Below are positions 41,596-58,302 of a stretch of 64,000 bases of DNA, one piece after another. A program made the translations under genes and the position numbers. Where the stretch lies: the NCBI GenBank assembly GCA_964016885.1, contig CAXHJY010000769.1:167644-231643 (forward strand), written 5' to 3'. Origin of the DNA: Eledone cirrhosa (taxonomy: Eukaryota). The notes under the pieces were generated by a model. The model did no database searches and had not been told where the DNA came from. It saw only the letters and a list, made by a program, of their open reading frames with translations. How positions within the stretch are numbered: position 1 is the first letter of the stretch; every line of letters starts with the position of its first letter.

Positions 41596-41847
41596 ATCAT
41601 CAACGTTTAACGTCCGTGTTCCACGCTTGCATGGGTCGTCCCACTTGAGGCAAGAGTGATTGTCTTGCTCGCATACGACTGTCTGGCAGGTTTTCTACAG
41701 TTGGATGACCTTCCTAACACCAACCACATTTACAGTGTGGGTCTGGGAGGTTTTTACCGTGTTGCCTACACGGCCACATTACAGCGTGGACTGTGTGTTT
41801 TTTTTGTCGTGACACCTACACGATCTCATTTGTTTCGGCCTGGATGG
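41596..41847 (-). mobile_element. LINE A 3' UTR fragment
   Basis: matches 79-345 with a small deletion. Confidence 0.88.
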
Positions 41848-41855
41848 TACACACA

Positions 41856-42061
<206 letters not shown>

Positions 42062-42087
42062 AACATATATATATATATATATATACA

Positions 42088-42121
<34 letters not shown>

Positions 42122-42178
42122 AACATATATATATATACAAACATATATATATATATATATATATACAAACACAAACAT

Positions 42179-43627
42179 ATCATCATCATCATCATCATCA
42201 ACGTTTAACGTCCGTGTTCCACGCTTGCATGGGTTTGGACGGGGGTAGTCCCACTTGAGGCAAGAGTGATTGTCTTGCTCGCATAGGACTGTCTGGCAGG
42301 TTTTCTACAGTTGGATGCCCTTCCTAACACCAACCACATTTACAGTGTGGGTCTGGGAGGTTTTTACCGTGTTGCCTACACGGCCACATTACAGCGTGGA
42401 CTGTGTGTTTTTTTGTCGTGACACCTACACGATCTCATTTGTTTCGGCCCGGATGGCGCGGCACCAACATAACTTTACATAGGACGGGGTGGTGTGGATG
42501 GGGTGGGGGTGGTGGTGGTGGGACGGGGTGTATTTTGTTAGAGATGCCTACTGGCAAGGCGGGTCTTCTCTGTTACTGAGTACCGCCAAAGGTCTCGGTC
42601 CAGTGACATTGTCTTGGAGAGGTGTAAGTGTGTGAGGTCGGAGTTTATCAGCTCGTCCCAGGTTTTTCTAGGTCTGCCTATTCCGTGGCTACCGTCTATC
42701 TTTATTGCCCTGCACTTTGTTATACAGCTATCGACTTTCATGCGCATCACGTGTCCATACCAACGTAGCCTTCTCTCGAGTAAACAACATCTGATCCCTC
42801 TTATCTCTAATTTTTTCCTTAGTTCGTTTATGCTTTGCCGTTCACGTATATTACTGTTACACATCCAGCGGAGCATGCAAGCTTCGTTCCTCTCTAGTCT
42901 GCGTATATCCTCTGCACACAATGCCCAGGTCTCACTGCCATGCAACATTGCTGTTCGTATGCAGGCATCGTACAACCTGCCTTTCATTTTTAGGGAGAAC
43001 CCTTTAGCAGCTAATAGTGGTATAAGCTCTCTGAACTTTTTCCAACCAGTTCTGACTCTAGCTACAGTACTTTCAGAGCACCCTCCCCCACTGCTGATTT
43101 TATCGCCCAGGTAACGGAAGCTGTCCACTATTTCTATAGAACCCTCTGCGCAATTGAAAGAGCTAGTATTGTGTGGGCACTTGCTGCTACTTATTGCACC
43201 AGAACACCGGCCACATGTAAAATCTATGTTCTTAGTTAGCTTACCTGTGATCCCACTACATCTTTTATGCACCCATACTTTGCATTTAGGACACAAAATG
43301 GAGTTTCTACCTACGCCTTTCCTACACACCGAGCACGACCATTTCCCAGAAGGGACCGCCGCCTTGTTTTCTTTCCTACAAACTAGAACTTTGGTCTTAG
43401 CCAGGTTAATTTTAAGTCCTTTTGACTCTAGGCCGTGCTTCCATGTTTGGAATTTCTTCTCTAGCTCGGCCATTGATTCCGCTATGAGTGTCAGGTCGTC
43501 TGCGTATAGGAGTTCCCATGGGCAGCCTGTCTTGAACTCCTCTGTTATAGCCTGAAGGGCAATAATAAATAGTAGGGGGCTGAGAACAGAGCCCTGATGG
43601 ACGCCAACTTTTACGCTAAACTCTTCA
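42179..43627 (-). mobile_element. RTE LINE A, 5'-truncated, open RT C-terminus
   Basis: [12 protein letters not shown]...YADD...PHD...; UTR; tail. Confidence 0.93.
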
Positions 43628-43683
43628 TATATATATATATAAATATACAAACATATATATATATATATATATATAAATATACA

Positions 43684-43731
<48 letters not shown>

Positions 43732-43807
43732 AACATATATATATATAATCAAACATATATATATATACAAACATATATATATATATATAATCAAACATAT
43801 ATATACA

Positions 43808-43845
<38 letters not shown>

Positions 43846-44129
43846 AAAATATATATATATACCAACATATATATATATATATACACACATATATATATAT
43901 ATACAAACATATATATATATATACACACATATATATATATATACAAACATATATATATATATACAAACATATATATATATATATACAAACATATATATAT
44001 ACAAACATATATATACAAACATATATATATATATATACAAACATATATATACAAACATATATATACAAACATATATATATATAAACATATATATATATAT
44101 ATACAAATATATATATATATATATATACA

Positions 44130-44173
<44 letters not shown>

Positions 44174-44238
44174 AACATATATATATATATATACAAACAT
44201 ATATATATATATATATATATATATACAAACATATATAT

Positions 44239-44271
<33 letters not shown>

Positions 44272-44273
44272 CA

Positions 44274-44307
<34 letters not shown>

Positions 44308-44324
44308 AACATATATATATATAT

Positions 44325-44662
44325 ATCATCATCATCATCATCATCAGGTTTAGCGTCCGTGTTCCACGCTTGCATGGGTTTGGACGGGGGTTTTCCCACT
44401 TGAGGCAAGAGTTGTTGTCTTGCTCGCATAGGACTGTCTGGCGAGTTTTCTACAGCTGGATGCCCTTCCTAACACCAACCACATATACAGTGTGGGGCTG
44501 GGAGGTTTTTACCGTGTTGGCTACACGGCCACATTACAGCGTGGACTGTCTGGCGGGTTTTCTACAGTTGGATGCCCTTCCTAACACCAACCACATTTAC
44601 AGTGTGGGGCTGGGAGTTTTTACCGTGTTGCCTACACGGCCACATTTACAGCGTGGACTGTG
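44325..44662 (-). mobile_element. LINE A 3' UTR fragment with duplicated module
   Basis: matches 25091-25435. Confidence 0.88.
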
Positions 44663-44841
44663 TATATATATATATATTTATATATATATATATACAAACA
44701 TATATATATACAAACATATATATATATATATACAAACATATATATATATATATATATATACAAACATATATATATATATATATACAAACATATATATATA
44801 TATATACAAACATATATATATATATATATATATACACAAAC

Positions 44842-44880
<39 letters not shown>

Positions 44881-44882
44881 CA

Positions 44883-44918
<36 letters not shown>

Positions 44919-44919
44919 A

Positions 44920-44956
<37 letters not shown>

Positions 44957-44963
44957 CACAAAC

Positions 44964-45022
<59 letters not shown>

Positions 45023-45076
45023 CAAACATATATATATATATATATAAACAAACATATATATATATATATATAAACA

Positions 45077-45112
<36 letters not shown>

Positions 45113-45142
45113 AACATATATATATATATATATAAACATATG

Positions 45143-45178
<36 letters not shown>

Positions 45179-45186
45179 AACATATG

Positions 45187-45233
<47 letters not shown>

Positions 45234-45234
45234 G

Positions 45235-45270
<36 letters not shown>

Positions 45271-45290
45271 CACATATATATATACACATG

Positions 45291-45334
<44 letters not shown>

Positions 45335-45365
45335 TACATACATATATATACACAGACACACACAT

Positions 45366-45408
<43 letters not shown>

Positions 45409-45427
45409 CACATATATACATACATAT

Positions 45428-46384
45428 ACTAGACATGAAAAATGCGCAAGCTCAAAAGTGCCACAGAATGTTATAATAAACCTTCAAAAGTGTGGGACTA
45501 GAGTTGTTGCTAAAAAATATTGTAATCATTATATATCGTACATTCTGTGGCATCCTTTATAAAAATAGCTTAAACCAACGAAGCCTTTATTTTTACGCTA
45601 TTTCACTTAGTTAATTCTTAGAGTGTAACATATAAAAATATCATTTACAACTATAAAATAAATTAATTAATATAATAACAGAGCTGCGGAGCTGAAATTT
45701 AGGAAATAATGGAGTATCGGATCCTGAGTTGGAGCCAGTCAATTTTTGGCCGACTCCGCAGCCCTGTATAATACATTTCATATTAAAGTTATTAATAAAC
45801 CTATTTTACACTTCATGCAAATTACCACGAGATATTGATATTAGATATAAGATACAGCGCAATATCTACAGCTGTAAAAGTACGAAAGCGAAGTAATAAT
45901 AAGTGGCTTAAGGTAATTCCAATATGAAAGTTTGTAGTGATAAAAATTTGATAATGCAATACGATTGTTAATATTATAGTTCTATGAAAATGTAACAATA
46001 GATAACTAAATTATTTTACTATTAGTATATTTAAGAAATTATCATTATAGATTTGATCGTTCATATAAGCATCATATTAAGTTTCAACACAATTATTTTG
46101 TTACTATGAGTATATGATAATAATATTACGTAATTATTTATAGCTGTTATTACATTAAACATAGATGTATTTATTTTTATATGTTACACTCTAAGAATTA
46201 ACTAAGTGAAATAGCGTAAAAATAAAGGCTTCGTTGGTTTAAGCTATTTTTATAAAGGATGCCACAGAATGTACGATATATAATGATTACAATATTTTTT
46301 AGCAACAACTCTAGTCCCACACTTTTGAAGGTTTATTATAACATTCTGTGGCACTTTTGAGCTTGCGCATTTTTCATGTCTAGT
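45428..46384. repeat. 213-bp inverted repeat with a ~530-bp spacer
   Basis: 45428-45640 is the reverse complement of 46172-46384. Confidence 0.92.
45679..45766. mobile_element. tiny hAT-type MITE
   Basis: ends CAGAGCTGCGGAG / CTCCGCAGCCCTG; 8-bp flanks tataataa / tataatac. Confidence 0.65.
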
Positions 46385-46954
46385 TTAATATTTTTTTAAG
46401 GCAACGCTTGTAATAACTCTAGTTAAACAGGATATATATTAATAATAAATTATCGTTGTAATGTAATTAGATTATGTAATTGTTATTATAAATTATCTTA
46501 TAAATATTAGTGTAAGATGTATAAAAATATTTTCAGACTTTTAATATAAACAACTACAAAAAACAATCAATATTAAATCAATATATTATACATAATAGAA
46601 AACATAAAATATACAATACAAAAACAAAATATTTACATACAATTGCAATTATCAGTGTATATACATTTTCTTTATATTCCCTGAGCAAATTAATAAGATT
46701 TGTTTTTATTGTACATAATTTGATGACTTGTTGGAGTGTATTAAAAGATAGCAACAATTTGTGATTAAATTGTTATCTTAAGCAACTCACTTTTTAATAG
46801 TTGTTGGCTGAGCGAAATTGTAAAAGCCTATGAGCAAATATAAAAAAAAATACACAAACAACATTTCCTTGTGTTATTACAACATTAGATAAAATAATTG
46901 AGCAATGTCGTTATATTTTGCTCTTATTGCACATTAATAGTGTTTCTATTTTTC

Positions 46955-47105
46955 GGCACAAATCCATTACGGCAGTCCATTACTGGTACTTTATTTTATC
47001 GAATTAGTAAGTATGAAAGTCGAAGTTAACCTCGGCAGGATTTGAACTTAGAATGCAAAGGACCATAACAATACTGCAAAGCATGGTGTCTGACGCTCTA
47101 CCAAT
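46955..47105 (-). mobile_element. old tRNA-SINE fragment (another piece at about 47910-47962)
   Basis: actggtactttattttatcga...aacctcggcaggatttgaac (B box on minus strand). Confidence 0.65.
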
Positions 47106-47501
47106 ACTTGTGTTGAGCTGGTCATTAATTTATGGTGGTCGTGCGTGGAGTAGAGCAATCGCTAGTTGAAATATTATGAACAAAACATTTTTATTTGCCG
47201 AAGAACATATTTTCAATACTGTTTGTGAATGTGACGAAGGAAATACATTCTGATATGGAACAGTGTACAAAGTGTGTCTGTGAATAACATAATGTTACCT
47301 CATGTTGTTGTCAAGACATAATGGATTTCGTATATCCAGTTAGAAGATGAAACCTAGCCATCTCGGATTAGTTATATTTCATGCCATGTGTAAACGTGTT
47401 TGAGGATAGCAAAATATGCGCGTTAATTATAATAATTAGTTAATAATATTACAAAATATACCTAATTAAACTCTTTGCTTGAAATTTTATCATTCTTCGT
47501 T

Positions 47502-47540
<39 letters not shown>

Positions 47541-48896
47541 GGAGAGAGATTTATCTAGTCCTTCGCTCAAGATTAATCTATAAGTTTAGATGTTTGCCTT
47601 CGTTTAAGTAAATATTACAGTAAGATTTTTAATATAAACAACTACAAAAAACAATTAATATTAAAACGAAAAAATTATCAATGATAAAAGAAGCGGATGC
47701 AACTTTTTTTTTTATAAAGTTATATTCCTGTTTCTTTAAAGAACATTTCATTTTTGTTCTATTGTAGGCGAAATAATGCAATGGTTTAATAGGGAAGATA
47801 TAACTTACGAATTATGTCTCTAACCGTGTAACGCTTTTTAAGTAGATAACTACAATTGAAAATACTAAAGAAATGGAACCAACAATTCAATTTGAAAGTC
47901 GTCTAGTGACAGTGTATTACTGGTACTTTATTTTATCGACCCCGTAACGATGAAAGGCAAAAATGCAAATGCTTAAAATTTAAATTGCCTTAATTCTATC
48001 GTCTGCTGTTTCATTAAAGGGAGATTATCGTCTGTATTTAATTCTATCGTCTACTGTTCCACTAAACAGATATACCTCCACTATCGTCTCTATTTATACA
48101 TTTTAACTTATAACTTATACACATTTGATTTGAAATATTTTATCTAGTCCCCCCTCTCAATATTATGATGATTTCTTTCGAATGAAACAGTTCTAGTCCT
48201 GTAGAAACCATTTATATATATAATTGAACTGAGTTAAAAATTCACAATATTTATAATTAAATAAGCTCATATATATATGTGTGTATTTATCTGTTTATTG
48301 TATTATATATAATGTGTGTATATACAGGATGTCCCCAAAAATATATACACACTTCAACAGCATTCTAATAACTATTGCCTGTACAGGTAATCAAAGTGTC
48401 AATCGAATGTTAGTTTCGTGTTTTAACAGTACAAATTTACAATACACACATAAAACCAGTGTATATACATACATGAGTGTGTATACACATACATGAATGT
48501 GTATATACAATATATATGTATATATATATAGACACATATATTCACGGTGCAACGGTACATTAAAATATAGATGCGGGAGAGGGGGGGTGTATATATAGGG
48601 GCGCTGGGGATAAAGGAGTGTAAAGCGTGTGTAATTGATATATTGAAGGAGAGGAGCGTGCAGCGATAGAGTAACAAATATATAGAGAGGGGGAGAGATG
48701 GTATTGAAGGGGAGGAGTGCAAAGCGAAAGAGTAAGAGATATATATAGAGACGGAACAGATAGAGAGAAACAGGCGTAAGTAACAGTGGAAGAGATATAG
48801 AGAGAGGTACTCTGATTGGTTGAAAATTAGCCAATGACATACGATCACCACCACCACGGCTATCCCCGAAAAATTTTTTAAGAAGCTACGCATATA

Positions 48897-48951
48897 TGTT
48901 AGAACACGAAAAGTGAACATTCTGTTGTTTCACACTTTTCGTGTTCTAACA
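48897..48951. mobile_element. 55-bp TGTTA...TAACA hairpin (mini-MITE)
   Basis: 19-bp perfect arms TGTTAGAACACGAAAAGTG. Confidence 0.6.
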
Positions 48952-48954
48952 GAT

Positions 48955-49011
<57 letters not shown>

Positions 49012-49034
49012 CACACATATATATATATATACAC

Positions 49035-49065
<31 letters not shown>

Positions 49066-49109
49066 CATATATATACATATACATATATATATATACATAC
49101 ATATATATG

Positions 49110-49284
<175 letters not shown>

Positions 49285-49294
49285 ATATACATAC

Positions 49295-49585
<291 letters not shown>

Positions 49586-49866
49586 CATATATATACATAT
49601 ATATACATATATATACATATATATACATATATATACATATATATACATATATATACATATATATACACATATATATATATATACACATATATATATATAT
49701 ATACACATATATATATATATACACACATATATATATATACACATATATATATATATATACACACATATATATATATATACACACATATATATATATATAC
49801 ACACATATATATATATATATACACACATATATATATATATATACACACATATATATATATATACAC

Positions 49867-49913
<47 letters not shown>

Positions 49914-50204
49914 CATATATATATATACATATATATATACACATATATATGTACACACATATATATATACATATATATGTACATATATATATACACATAT
50001 ATATACACACATATATATATATATACACACATATATATATATATACATATATATAGGTATTGAAATTTCCGTTGAAAACAGAAAAGGTCATAGAAGTGAA
50101 GAGTGCTCTATGTAAGTACCAGAGCAAAATTTAATGTATATACACACACATATATATACATACACATATATATACATACATACACTCACATATATATATA
50201 CATA

Positions 50205-50308
50205 TCATCATCATCATCGTTTAACGTCTATCTTCCACGCTAGCATGGGTTTAGGTGGGAATTATCCCACTTGAGGCAAGATTGGTTGTGTCACTCGTAT
50301 AGGACTGT
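50205..50308 (-). mobile_element. A-like LINE terminus fused head-to-head with LINE C
   Basis: (CAT)n + stem-loop + short UTR. Confidence 0.8.
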
Positions 50309-52144
50309 CCACATTGCAAAGCAGTGTGTCAATGCAAATCAGGATGTTGTTGGAAATAAATGTGTGCCGAATGATGCCGGTGTACTTAGTGTCACGAATG
50401 ATCAGAGAAAGGAGGCCTGGAAATGTCATTATGATAGACTGATGAATGTGAAGAACGAATGGGAGAGAGAAAAATTACCCTTGGTAGATCCGACAGAGGG
50501 ACCAGCTATTGAGATTGACGAATATAGGGTCCAGGAGGCGATTAGGGAAATGAAAAATGATAAGGCTGCTGGACCATGGGGGATAGTTGCTGAGATGCTG
50601 AAGGCATCAGGGGACGTAGGCACTAAATTGGTTGCACGCATCATCAATCAGGCTATATATGGTGGTGTCATACCCAAAGACTGGTTCAGCAGTATTCTCA
50701 TAAATTGCTACAAAAGTAAAGGGGATGCTCTGGAGAGGAGCAATTATAGGGGTATAAAACTGATGGATCAGGTTATGAAAGTGGCAGAAAGGATATTAGC
50801 ACAACTAATTAGAGAAAGGGTCAAACTAGATTGAGATGCAGTTTGGTTTTGTGCCTGGGAAAAGTACAATAGATGCCCTCTTGGTGAGACAATTACAAGA
50901 GAGGTTCTTATAGAAGAATAAGCCCCTATACTTAGCCTTTGTTGGCCTAGAGAAGGCTTTTGATAGGGCACCCCGATCTGTCATCTGGTGGTCCCTAAGG
51001 AAACTAGGTGTTGAGGAATGGCTTGTGAGGACAGTGCAAACTTTGTACAGAGGTGCTGTCAGTAAAGTCAGGGTAGGAATGGAGTTTAGTGAGGAATTCC
51101 AGACACAAGTAAGAGTACATCAAGGTTCAGTCCTCAGCTCGCTCTTGTTCATTATAGTCCTCCAGGCCATATTAGACGAGTTTAAGACTGGCTGTCCATG
51201 TTCTTATAGAAGAATCAGTAGAGGAGCTAGAGAATAAATTCTGGCTATGGAAACAGCAGTTGGAAGCAAAAAGTGTTGATGAGTAGAAAAGAGGACAAAA
51301 CTCAGATTCCACCAGGGAAATGGCCATGTTCGATATGTAGAAAAGGAACTGGCATGAATTCTATAAAATGCACATAATGCAGATCCTGGGTACACAAGAG
51401 ATGTAGTGGGGTAGCAGGCAAACTAACAGGTAGGGAGAAATACGTATGCAGTAGATGTACAGGGAAATTAGACAGTAGACGTCGCACTGATAGACACATT
51501 TTTCAAATGTAGGCGGGTGCTATAGAAGTGATGGATAGCTTCCGGTACCTAGATCAGATTAGCATGGAGGGGGGGGGGGGTCCGAAGCCATAGTATCTAG
51601 AATAAGGATGGTTTGGAAGAAGTTTAGGGAGCTGCTTCCTCTGCTGACGAAGAAGGGTTTCTCCCTGCTTACGAAAGGCCGGTTATATGATGCCTGTGTG
51701 AAGAGCGCGATGCTGCATGGTAGTGAGACATGGGCAGCAACTGCAGTGGATATGCGACGGCTGGAGAGAAATGAGGCAAGCATGCTCTGTTGGATGTGCA
51801 ATGTCAATGTGCGTGAACGACCCAGCATGGATGTATTGATAGAGAAACTGTGTTTGAGTGGGATAGAATGTAGTGTGCGAAAGAGGAGACTGCGGTGATA
51901 TGGACATGTGATGCGCATGGAGGATGACCAATGGGCCAAGAAGTGGGAGGAAATGCCAGTTGAAGGAAGACGTGGTAGAGGTAGACCTCGAAAAACATGG
52001 GCGGAGGTGGTGAAAACAGACCTCAGATCGCTGAAACTCGCGGTGGAGATGACGAATGACCGCGACAAGTGGAGACATGCTGTGCTGAATAAGACCCGTC
52101 CCACCTTTGCAAGCAGCAAAAAGCGGACGTAAAATGATGATGAT
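50309..52144 (+). mobile_element. RTE LINE family C, 5'-truncated, degraded
   Basis: ORFs 50271-50834, 51025, 51608 and 51908; the ORF runs into the terminal stem-loop and (GAT)n. Confidence 0.92.
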
Positions 52145-52309
52145 ATACACATATATATACATATACACACACACATATGTATATATATACATATACATAC
52201 ATGTGTATATATATATATATACATACATATACACACACGTATATATATATATTTATATATATACATATACACACACGTATATATATACATATACACACAT
52301 ACACACACG

Positions 52310-52342
<33 letters not shown>

Positions 52343-52343
52343 G

Positions 52344-52407
<64 letters not shown>

Positions 52408-52484
52408 TATATATACATATATATACATATACACACATATATATATATATACATATATATACACACATATATATATACATATAT

Positions 52485-52515
<31 letters not shown>

Positions 52516-52612
52516 TACGTCTACACACAGACATATATATATACACATATATATATACGTCTACACAGACACATATATATATAAATATACATATATATAC
52601 ATATACACACAC

Positions 52613-52643
<31 letters not shown>

Positions 52644-52730
52644 CATATACACACACATATATACATATATATATATACATATACACACACGTATATATAT
52701 ATATACATATACACACATATATATACATAT

Positions 52731-52787
<57 letters not shown>

Positions 52788-52980
52788 CACACATATATAT
52801 ACATATACACACACATATATATATATATATACACATATATATACACACACACTCACATATATATATATGTATACATATATATATATATATATACACACAC
52901 ATATATATATATACACACATATATATATATACACACACATATATATATATATACACACATATATATATATATACACACAC

Positions 52981-53011
<31 letters not shown>

Positions 53012-53052
53012 TATATATATATATATACACACACATATATATATATATATAT

Positions 53053-53223
<171 letters not shown>

Positions 53224-53291
53224 TATATATATATACACACACATATATATATATACACACACACACATATATATATATATACACATATATA

Positions 53292-53680
53292 TAACTTTGA
53301 ATAACTTTGAAATGTTTTGGCCAGTATTGGCCCAGGCCATGTCTAACTTAATAGCACCACCTGGCGAAGTCTTTCAATTCAGGATTTGGGCACCATGGCC
53401 CATTCGAGAAGAGAATTACTGTTTGCGGAGACATATCCGGGTGTGGGTGGTTTGTCCGGGATTACTTGGAGGAATTTGTCCAAAGACTTCTTGAATTTTG
53501 TGTGGTCAGTTTCTGTTTTGACGTGTCCTGGTGTGATGTTGAAGAGAGCAGGGCCGATTGAGGTGAAATAATTGTGCCGTATTGTTGTTATGAGTTGCGA
53601 TTTAGATTTTTGAATGGGACGGATAGCACGGGGCCCAAGCCTTGGGTGTATCTTGAAGGCGATGCCAACATCATTTGGGA
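53292..53680 (-). mobile_element. CR1/L2-group LINE 3' end
   Basis: [10 protein letters not shown]...[16 protein letters not shown]...NSLLEW*; (TTCAAAGTTA)2 tail. Confidence 0.75.
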
Positions 53681-53826
53681 ATATATATATATACACACAC
53701 ACATATATATATATACACATATATATATACACACATACATATATATATATACACATATATATATACACACACACATATATATATACACATATATATATAC
53801 ACACACATATATATATATATATACAC

Positions 53827-53857
<31 letters not shown>

Positions 53858-53874
53858 TATATATATATATACAC

Positions 53875-53955
<81 letters not shown>

Positions 53956-54382
53956 CATACACACACATATATATACATATATATTCATATATACACACAT
54001 ATATATATACACACATATATATATACACACATATATTTATACACACATATATACATATACACACATATATACATATATAGATACACACATATATATATAT
54101 ATATATACACACATATATATATATATACACACATATATATATATATATACACACACATATATATATACACACACATATATATATACACATATATATATAT
54201 ACACATATATATATATACACATATATATATATACACATATATATATACACATATATATATATACACATATATATATATATACACATATATATACACATAT
54301 ATATGTATACATATACACATATATATATATATATACACATATATATATATATATATATGTATACATATACACATATATATAT

Positions 54383-54421
<39 letters not shown>

Positions 54422-54630
54422 TATATATATACACATATATATATATACACATATATATACACACATATATATATACACACATATATATATATACACACAT
54501 ATATATATACACACACACATATATATATGTACACACACATATATATATATATACACACACATATATATATATACACACACATATATATATACACACATAT
54601 ATATATACACACATATATATATATACACAC

Positions 54631-54798
54631 ATCATCATCATCATCATCATCATCATCAGGTTTAGCGTCCGTGTTCCACGCTTGCATGGGTTTGGACGAG
54701 GGTTTTCCCACTTGAGGCAAGAGTGGTTGTCTTGCTCACATAGGACTGTCTGGCGGGTTTTCTACAGTTGGATGCCCTTCCTAACACCAACCACATTT
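54631..54798 (-). mobile_element. LINE A terminal fragment
   Basis: matches 25091-25258. Confidence 0.88.
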
Positions 54799-54881
<83 letters not shown>

Positions 54882-54886
54882 GTATG

Positions 54887-55155
<269 letters not shown>

Positions 55156-55178
55156 GTATATATATATGTATATATATG

Positions 55179-55211
<33 letters not shown>

Positions 55212-55252
55212 GTATATATATATGTATATATATATATATGTATATATATATG

Positions 55253-55303
<51 letters not shown>

Positions 55304-55342
55304 GTATATATATATGTATATATATATATGTACATATATATG

Positions 55343-55515
<173 letters not shown>

Positions 55516-55524
55516 ATATATATG

Positions 55525-55633
<109 letters not shown>

Positions 55634-55908
55634 GTGTATATATATATGTATATATACATTTATTTATTTATTTATTTAGCTCTAGTATTAATGTAAGGGA
55701 GATATATAGAGAGAGAAAAAATATAGAGAGAGAAAAAATTTAAATAACCAGATATAGGCGAGGCGTAAAAAAACCCTATGTTTTAATGTAGAGGTATTAG
55801 TATTTACAAAAACCAGCCACTATATTGTAAATATCAGTATTCCTGAATGAGACAAGTATCCATAATGTGTGAAAATTAATGATCTTATGTTTAGTTTTTT
55901 AAAAAATA

Positions 55909-57531
55909 TTGATCGCACCATCAAAATCGGACCTGGGCAAATTAAGCAAAAACATTCTTGACAGGGTGATACAGCAAATTAAGAACTTGGATTGTTTATC
56001 TAACCTGAGCTTGTGGAAGGGAACTGGAGAGGTTGTTGAGTGGTTTACGCAAATTAAATATAACAATAATAATAAGTTTATTCAACTTGATATAGCTAAC
56101 TATTATTCTTCTATTACCCCTAATCTACTAAATAAGGCACTAAATTACGCATTCAAACATACTGACCTAACTAGCAATGAAATGCATATTATATTATCGG
56201 CTAGGAAAACTTTGATAGAATTTAATGACTAACTATGGACCAGAGCAGATAGAGATAGCAATTTTGACATAACTATGGGATCATCCGACTCAGCTCAGGT
56301 AACTGACCTTGTGGGCTTATTTTTAATCAATTCGCTACATAGGAAAATACCTGGTACTACCGGAGGTTTATATAGAGATGACATGCTTTTACTTATTGAT
56401 AATAACAACTCTGAACTAAATAGAAAATGTAAACAAATTACACAATTTTTTAATTACTTTAATCTTAAAATAGAAATTGAGAACAACCATAGAATAGTCA
56501 ATTTCCTAGATATAACATTAAATCTCAACACATGTCTTCACTATCCTTTTCACAAGTTGAATGAAAACTTAAACTATGTCAACTTTAACTCTAACCACCC
56601 CAGATCTGTCAAAAACACTATAGTAAACTCTGTTCAAAAACGTATCTCTAGGATCTCGTCGAATAGAAAGATTTTCGACGAAAAAGCCCAATACTATAAT
56701 GAAGCATTAGCTAGAGCAGGATATGCTGATAAGATTGTGTACATAGATAATGATAGACAAACTAAACAAAGTAACAACTTTTTTAATTACGGCAACAACC
56801 TTAACAACTATAATAGAAAGCATTACAATAATTCCAAAGGCCAAAAAAGAAATAGAACTAGGAACATAATTTGGTTTGCCCCCCCTTTCTCACTAAACCT
56901 TAAAACCCACATCGCTAAACTATTTTTCAAAGCTCTTGATAATTGCTTCCCTAGAACACATAGGTATCACTCAATTTTCAATAGACATACAATAAAATTA
57001 ACCTACTCATCCACCAAAAATTTAGCACAAAATATTAATAGAATAAATAATAGGAACTTAAAACCTAGTGATAATAGCATAAATAATATACAAGTTAACA
57101 AATGTAACTGTAGAGATAGATCTAAATGTCCGTTAAATAACAACTGCTTAGTTAAAAATATAGTATACAATTGTAATGTTAATACTGACTCTAATTCTTT
57201 TAACTACGTCGGTTCCACATCGACGGAATTTAAACTTCGCTATAATAACCACAAGAATTCTTTCACAGATCCAGGCAAAAAATCTTCAACGGCACTATCA
57301 GGCGTACTCTGGCAACTTAAGCTAGATAACGTTAGATATTCGACGGCTTGGAATATAGTCTCAAGAGGGATTCCTTTTAATTCATCCTCTGAGACATGTG
57401 ACCTCTGCGCAGAGGAGATATTCTTTATACTAAAATCTAAAAATTCCCTTAATCTACGGACAAATTTATTCAGTTGTTGCAAACATAGATTAAACTCAAC
57501 GTTTAAATATAAATTTAAATTTAAAATGTAG
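55909..57531 (+). pseudogene. Penelope-like RT + C-terminal GIY-YIG endonuclease (one in-frame stop at 56230)
   Basis: QLDIANYY, TMGS, GLYRDD, VNFLDI, SNHP; CNC..CPL..C, IVY...YVG, RYNNHK, CDLC..E, CKH; may belong to the Hydra PLE clade (unverified). Confidence 0.9.
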
Positions 57532-58265
57532 TATATTTAGTTTGATTTATAATTATATGGGAAACTAGCCGATAAATCTTTGATTCCTTCTTTTTATTCT
57601 TTTTATTTTTATTTTATTTTTATTTAAACATTCCTCATGAAAAATTAAGCTACCCTAAAAGCTGATGCTCCAAATATTTCGAATAACCGTTACACTAGAT
57701 AAACTTCTATATTAAATATAAGAACACATGTAGACCAAATTGGGCATCCTAAACTTTTTGAAATGATCTTAGCTAAATGTGATTTGATAGATAATTTTTG
57801 GCTTTATCTGTTTTTCGACTCTGATGCTTATAATGAACTTGGCAATATATTGTCAATTAATTTTGAAGGGTTGATCTTTGTGGTTTATTTTTATTTTTAT
57901 TATTGTAGTATTTTCTAATATTTTTATTTTTAATATTTTTAATATGTAAATTTTTTTAATATGTAATATTTTTAATATGTAATATTCTTTCGTAATATTT
58001 TTTAGTTTTCTATTTTATTATTCTTATTATTATTATTGTTATTTTTTAGTTTTGTTTCTGATATATATTTTTATTAGTATATTGAAATCTGCTCTCTATT
58101 TCTGCTTGATAGATAATCTTGTAGAGTAAAGACAGGAATAGTAATACACATATATGTATACTTAAATTTTTATACCACATTGAGAATGTTTTCCGTGAAC
58201 ATAGGGTTTGCAGAGTTGATCATGTAGATTCACATGGATGTTTGTAGCTATCACATAAACATATG

Positions 58266-58302
<37 letters not shown>

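Noticed and set aside
46385-48300. Host gene exons in the AT-rich stretch
   Set aside because: No ORF or recognisable protein motif; only old SINE pieces and short repeats. Small exons cannot be excluded
48323-48430. Possible Tc1/mariner end (TA-CAGGATGTCCCC)
   Set aside because: No matching second TIR or transposase found
55835-55890. CTGAATGA...GAAA hammerhead-like string
   Set aside because: No convincing stem I, stem II or NUH triplet
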